A DNA stretch of 40,573 nt. It comes from Methanosarcinaceae archaeon (GTDB taxonomy: Archaea > Halobacteriota > Methanosarcinia > Methanosarcinales > Methanosarcinaceae). The stretch is taken from assembly GCA_030655675.1 (NCBI GenBank), contig JAUSPM010000216.1:1-40573 (forward strand), in the 5' to 3' direction. The position numbers were made by a program, and so were the translations under genes. The first letter of the stretch is position 1. The number at the start of each line of letters is the position of its first letter. The notes beneath the pieces are model-generated. The model was not told where the DNA came from. It made no database searches and worked only from the letters and a program-made list of their open reading frames with translations. Positions 36,509-40,573 of the stretch are shown here, in pieces.

Positions 36509-36700
36509 ACCATTTTATAAATTATAGAATTAATTAGTGGTAATTATTGATCGGGATTTTTATGGGAATATGTTTTATATTTACTATGAGCGCTGGGACT
36601 GGGATAAGAACGGTCATCTTTCCGAAAAGCAATTGCATGAATATGATGCGTTTTGATTCTTGAAACAATCGTTAGATTTTATTAATATGTTGAACAAGGT

Positions 36701-37522
36701 ATGATCATGACTTTAACAAACAAAAGGGTAGGTTTTATTGGTGCCGGAAAGATGGGCGAGGCACTGATCCGTGGTGTTATCAATGCAAGGGCAGTAGATG
36801 GCAGCAACATATATGCAAGCGATGTCTATGAGGCCGGACTTAAGAGATTGCATGATGAACTGGGTATCAACGTATCCCTTGACAATAAAGTCACGATTTC
36901 AAATTCAGACATACTGATCCTGGCTGTTAAGCCTCAGATATTGGCGGCATTACTTGCAAGTATTAAAAAATCCGTCACAGCGGATAAACTGGTGATATCA
37001 ATTGCTGCCGGTGTGCCACTTTCAGATATTGAGGGGGGATTAAATCCGGGCACGAGGGTTATCAGGGTCATGCCAAACATTGCTGCAACAGTTTCAGAGG
37101 CTGCATCTGCAATGAGCCCGGGTGCGAGCGCTTCTATCGATGATACTGAAATCGCACTTGCGATATTCAGGGCAGTGGGAAGTGCGATTGTTGTTCCTGA
37201 GCACTTGATGGATGCTGTTACCGGACTTTCCGGCAGTGGACCTGCGTTCATTTTTCCGGTTATTGAGGCTATGGCAGATGGTGCCGTCTATGAAGGGCTT
37301 GATCGCCACAGCGCACTTACACTTGCTGCCCAGACAGTTCTTGGTGCTGCGAAGATGGTTCTTGAGACCAAAATGCATCCAGGGGAACTAAAAGATATGG
37401 TGACCTCACCTGGTGGTACTACTATACGTGCTATACGTGAACTAGAGGAACATGGCATCCGCGCGGCATTTATGAATGCTGTTATCGCTTCGTCAGAACG
37501 TTCGAAAGAACTCGGGAAATGA
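36701..37522 (+). CDS. proC: Pyrroline-5-carboxylate reductase
   Basis: 273 aa, with NADP-binding GFIGAGKMG, ILAVKPQ and the C-terminal signature VTSPGGTTI. Confidence 0.9.
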   Translation: MIMTLTNKRVGFIGAGKMGEALIRGVINARAVDGSNIYASDVYEAGLKRLHDELGINVSLDNKVTISNSDILILAVKPQILAALLASIKKSVTADKLVISIAAGVPLSDIEGGLNPGTRVIRVMPNIAATVSEAASAMSPGASASIDDTEIALAIFRAVGSAIVVPEHLMDAVTGLSGSGPAFIFPVIEAMADGAVYEGLDRHSALTLAAQTVLGAAKMVLETKMHPGELKDMVTSPGGTTIRAIRELEEHGIRAAFMNAVIASSERSKELGK

Positions 37523-37596
37523 TTTACTTTTTATAGAGCAATAACTAAGCGGTTAGCAAGTTCTACACATATAAAATATGTGCTGTCAAAAAGGAA

Positions 37597-37658
37597 CGAG
37601 TAAATCCTCGCTATGCTTGGATTAACTCGGACTATATAATTCTATAAATGATATACTA
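37597..37658 (+). repeat. Hairpin-plus-TATA repeat, copy 2
   Basis: Sequence is cgagtaaatcc-tcgctatgctt-ggattaactcg + gactatataattctataaatgatatacta. It lies between the proC stop and the 3' end of the small minus-strand ORF 37694-37867. Confidence 0.8.
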
Positions 37659-37693
37659 ATAGAAAATCAAAAAAATAGGGTGTGAGTGTTAAC

Positions 37694-37867
37694 TCACTTT
37701 ACGAGCGCTTTTATCGAACGTGTTATATAACGTCTTTTAGAGCCGCCTGATCTGTATCTCTGCATAGGTCCTGAATGTGCCTTTACTGCTGCTTTTTTCT
37801 CGACCTTGATCGTTCTGCCTTTTCGTCCCTTTATCTTTACCCATTCAATGCTACCGGTTTTGCCCAT
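37694..37867 (-). CDS. Small, highly basic hypothetical protein (57 aa)
   Basis: Hand-found ORF below the track cutoff: [63 protein letters not shown] lies 7 nt upstream of the ATG. The Lys/Arg-rich composition is typical of small nucleic-acid-binding proteins conserved in methanogens. Confidence 0.5.
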   Translation of the reverse strand: MGKTGSIEWVKIKGRKGRTIKVEKKAAVKAHSGPMQRYRSGGSKRRYITRSIKALVK

Positions 37868-38057
37868 TATAAATCCTCTTTAAATAATTTGAATAATTTT
37901 ATTGTAAATGATATGACTATATGTCTGTTGATTTTACCATAAGATGTGATGCTTATTATTAAACCTTGCGGGGATTCAAAATCAGAATCCCCGGAATCTA
38001 CCCATATTTATATGAATTAACACAAATTATTAGTCAAACAAGATCGTAGTTCAGTCG

Positions 38058-38783
38058 TTGATACATACAAATACACCGGAGTTGAACAACATCAAAAGAT
38101 CATTGATAGAAATGCGATTGGTTGAAACCAAAAATGAACTTGAAGGCATGATTGCCTATCCAGATGATAAATTGATCGATATCATCAAAGATGTCGGATT
38201 CGAATGCGACCTTTGCGGACGCTGCTGTACGAATGAATTCAATGACCATGTATTCCTGCTGGACAAGGACACTGCTCTGCTGAAAAAAATCAATCCATCA
38301 GCCCTCACACCCGCACCCTATTACGAGTTTTGCGACCAGAATGGCAGGTTTTATGTGTCAGGCTATGCGTTAAAAATCAAGCCGGATGGCTCATGTATAT
38401 TTTTGACAAATGGTCGCTGCGAGATATATGACTCCCGTCTGAGCATTTGCAGATTATATCCATATATGTTACACTACGAAGCTGATGAGGATGGTAACCT
38501 TGAGTGGCGCCAAATAAGCGGTTTGAACGAGCACGGAAACTATCATACAGACATCGACGACGATGATTGCAAGAAGATTGCAGCGGACATCAAGGAATAT
38601 GAGGCAGGATATCTCAACCAGCAGATTTCGTTTTTAAATGCCATTGATAAACTTTTCAAGAAAGAGGGGCTGAGACATGTACAAGGAGTATATGATCGCG
38701 AAATGAGGCGATTCAAAAAAGGCGGGAAGATCGAGGTGTTTGTATTTTTTGATGGAGATTTTGAGAGTGTAAAGTTGGCGTAG
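38058..38783 (+). CDS. YkgJ/UPF0153-type cysteine-cluster protein (CxxCxxCC putative Fe/Zn-binding domain)
   Basis: 241 aa. It has CDLCGRCC, then DGSCIFLTNGRCEIYDSRLSICRLYPY, the family's second Cys block. The TTG start is as given in the track; downstream ATG alternatives exist. Confidence 0.7.
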   Translation: MIHTNTPELNNIKRSLIEMRLVETKNELEGMIAYPDDKLIDIIKDVGFECDLCGRCCTNEFNDHVFLLDKDTALLKKINPSALTPAPYYEFCDQNGRFYVSGYALKIKPDGSCIFLTNGRCEIYDSRLSICRLYPYMLHYEADEDGNLEWRQISGLNEHGNYHTDIDDDDCKKIAADIKEYEAGYLNQQISFLNAIDKLFKKEGLRHVQGVYDREMRRFKKGGKIEVFVFFDGDFESVKLA

Positions 38784-38864
38784 AAAATGTTGATTTTTTA
38801 ATCCATGAGCAGATGTGCAAATTAAGGAACACAACATTTATTAGAGATTTTTGACGCCGATTCA

Positions 38865-39130
38865 ATACGCCGCAGGCGGCATATCCCGCCATTACCAATA
38901 AATATATCGTATTTTCACATTTAATCTAGAAAATGCTTATTTCATTCGCATTAACTTGGACTAGATTAGTTTATACCTATATACTGGAACAAAGTGAATT
39001 GGCTTATATTATTAAGCGCCATTTTAGTTGAAGATTAATTTTTCAAATTATACATTAAGATCAATCCGAATGATACGAATATTTCCCGAGGGTTAGTGGA
39101 GCAGGAACGCGCCGCCTGCGGCGGTTGTAT
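38865..39130. mobile_element. MITE-like element B: ~266 bp, related to element A
   Basis: The left end is atacgccgcaggcggcatatccc (38865-38887). The right end is ggaacgcgccgcctgcggcggttgtat (39104-39130). The reverse complement of the left end (gggatatgccgcctgcggcgtat) matches the right end. The right end is nearly identical to the right end of element A (gccgcctgcggcgg + gttgt). Confidence 0.55.
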
Positions 39131-39235
39131 CGGTTTTAGATTCAGAAAAAACATATTTACCCCTATATTTCACTACAAATTAAAAAATACTAAAAATGTT
39201 TGCTATTCAAATAAATAAGTACATCTTTAGTATCA

Positions 39236-40372
39236 TTACTCCCAAACCCCTGTCAATTTCCCCTCAAGCGCCATCTTACCAAGAGTTCGTTTAACATCCT
39301 TGCCAACTTTTGAAGGCACCACATCCGCATACGGAGTATCCGGTAAGGGTGTCAGATAGTGCGCGCGCACACTGCCTCCTTTTTTGCTGATAAATTGGAT
39401 GAGTTTTAAACTGTCCTGCTGGTCTTCTTCAGTTTCATCAGGGTAGCCGAAGATGAAATCAACATTTGGCGTTATCCCGTGGCTTGTGCACCGTTCAACT
39501 GCCATTATAACATCATCAACAGTATGACCTCTCCACATTTCCTTTAGCATTCGATCGCTACCGGACTGCGCACCGAGGCTGAGTGTTTCGTTGGCGCAGT
39601 ACTGCACTACCATATCAAGCACCTCATCAGTAACAAATTCAGGTCGCACTTCAGACGGGAACGTGCCAAAATAGATGTTCTTGCCTTCTATTTCGTGAAG
39701 TGTGGAGAGCAGTTTTTCAACCTTGTCAAAACGAGGATGTATTCCATCGCCACCATACGCAAAAGCATTCGAGGACGTAAACCGAAGGTCATTGTAATGT
39801 TTTGTACACTTTACGATCGAATCGATATTCCTGTGGCGCATCTTCTTTCCAAAAAGACGTGGGGTCTGACAGTATTTGCAATTCCATGGACATCCCCTGC
39901 TGATTTCCATTGGTGAGAGTAGTGTATTGTAATCAAAACATGGGTAGTTGTTCAGGTCAACGTAGTCACGTTTGCCGGTTTGCACCATCTTTCCGTATGG
40001 GTCTTTGAATGCGATTCCTTTTACCAGACCCAAATCTCCGCCCGATTCGAGAGTTCTTAACAGATGGGGGAGTGTTTCTTCGCCTTCACCTATCACCACG
40101 TAATCGAAATACCTGATGGTTTCTTCTGGCGCGCCGGACGGATGTGGTCCCCCTGCTATGTATATCGAATCTGTGGTTGAGTTGCTGACTTCCTGAAAAA
40201 CAGATTCTGCCTGTTTTGTGACGAAACTGTACAGCATGATCCCGTCTTTTGGTTCTTTAACAATGGATGCTTCGGGAACCAGAGGTGCAAGTGCAGCAAG
40301 GCTGTACGAGTTTTTCTTGCTCCATCGAAAATAGGTATCCATACAATCTCCTGTCATGAATATCTGTTTCAC
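39236..40372 (-). CDS. B12-binding-like domain / radical SAM protein (class B-like, archaeal MJ_1487/MJ_0865-type family)
   Basis: 378 aa. The N-domain pattern is IYIAGGPHPSG...FDYVVIGEGEETL. The radical SAM motif is EISRGCPWNCKYCQT (CX3CX2C). The true start may be the internal MDTYFRW (40342). Confidence 0.8.
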   Translation of the reverse strand: MKQIFMTGDCMDTYFRWSKKNSYSLAALAPLVPEASIVKEPKDGIMLYSFVTKQAESVFQEVSNSTTDSIYIAGGPHPSGAPEETIRYFDYVVIGEGEETLPHLLRTLESGGDLGLVKGIAFKDPYGKMVQTGKRDYVDLNNYPCFDYNTLLSPMEISRGCPWNCKYCQTPRLFGKKMRHRNIDSIVKCTKHYNDLRFTSSNAFAYGGDGIHPRFDKVEKLLSTLHEIEGKNIYFGTFPSEVRPEFVTDEVLDMVVQYCANETLSLGAQSGSDRMLKEMWRGHTVDDVIMAVERCTSHGITPNVDFIFGYPDETEEDQQDSLKLIQFISKKGGSVRAHYLTPLPDTPYADVVPSKVGKDVKRTLGKMALEGKLTGVWE

Positions 40373-40384
40373 TCATCCGTTACT

Positions 40385-40570
40385 TTACTGTATGATCGTG
40401 AAAGGAACAAGTGTGAAACAAAGGAATCCTAGAACGAATGTAAGTATTCCTATCGCCATCCGACTGTTGTCAAGTTCGATCTCGTCATCGAGTGGTGTGG
40501 GGTGTCCTGCTGCTGCAAAGAATGAAAGGAACAGTGCCCAGAATACCCAGATGAAGCCGTTCTGTTTCAT
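40385..40570 (-). CDS. Small membrane protein (two hydrophobic segments), possibly N-terminally extended beyond the window
   Basis: 61 aa: FIWVFWALFLSFFAAAG ... MAIGILTFVLGFLCFTLVPF. It ends 12 nt upstream of the radical SAM gene start, on the same strand. Only 3 nt of window remain upstream, so the start is uncertain. Confidence 0.35.
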   Translation of the reverse strand: MKQNGFIWVFWALFLSFFAAAGHPTPLDDEIELDNSRMAIGILTFVLGFLCFTLVPFTIIQ

Positions 40571-40573
40571 GAC

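Noticed and set aside
36570-36656. 28-codon micro-ORF MFYIYYERWDWDKNGHLSEKQLHEYDAF with an EF-hand-like loop (DWDKNGHLSEKQL)
   Set aside because: The loop has Gln instead of the obligatory Glu/Asp at position 12. There is no flanking helix pair and no SD. It is most likely chance in the proC upstream spacer.
1-40573. Scan for CRISPR arrays, tRNA/rRNA genes, IS transposases and integrases
   Set aside because: No regularly spaced direct repeats with unique spacers were seen. No cloverleaf-like GC-rich 70-90-nt segments were seen in the intergenic regions. No transposase- or integrase-like ORFs were seen. Absence is by visual inspection only; tRNAscan-SE, Infernal and ISfinder would be decisive.

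Overview
Archaeal chromosomal segment. By gene content and order it resembles a cytochrome-containing member of the Methanosarcinales; this is inference, since no rRNA or tRNA is present to confirm it. All calls come from hand translation and motif recognition, with no searches or computed statistics. Layout: (1) 1-1394, 5' part of a minus-strand gene running off the left edge, with six in-frame 33-nt repeats. (2) dapF, then a complete A1AO ATP synthase operon (H-I-K-E-C-F-A-B-D, minus strand, 2692-10929). (3) A minus-strand trio of CcmE-like haem chaperone (CxxxY variant), polyprenyl diphosphate synthase and an unassigned radical SAM enzyme (11175-13736). This trio is divergent from a plus-strand haem cluster, ahbD-ahbA-ahbB-sirC-hemA-hemB-[insertion]-hemL-hemC (14141-22359). 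(4) pyrD-pyrK. (5) An accessory, visibly AT-rich stretch (about 24270-27780) carrying an ABC/SMC-type ATPase abutted to a small Toprim-like protein, gene debris, an HhH protein and a wHTH regulator plus membrane protein. (6) A Na,K-ATPase-like type II P-type ATPase. (7) hacB, an unknown ORF and an isopropylmalate/homoisocitrate dehydrogenase. (8) DUF99, PAN, MBF1, proC, a small basic ORF, a CxxCxxCC protein, a B12-domain radical SAM protein and a small membrane ORF at the right edge. Main hunt results: two AT-rich two-gene cassettes that look like acquired conflict/defence modules. One is ATPase + Toprim-like at 24359-26227. The other is a 48-aa basic protein + a nucleoside-deoxyribosyltransferase/TIR-like protein, wedged between hemB and hemL at 19307-20088. 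Two families of interspersed structured repeats were also found. One is a 33-nt hairpin fused to a TATA-like tail (4 copies, with compensatory stem changes). The other is a MITE-like element with GC-rich palindromic ends (2 copies). No CRISPR array, rRNA or tRNA was recognised.
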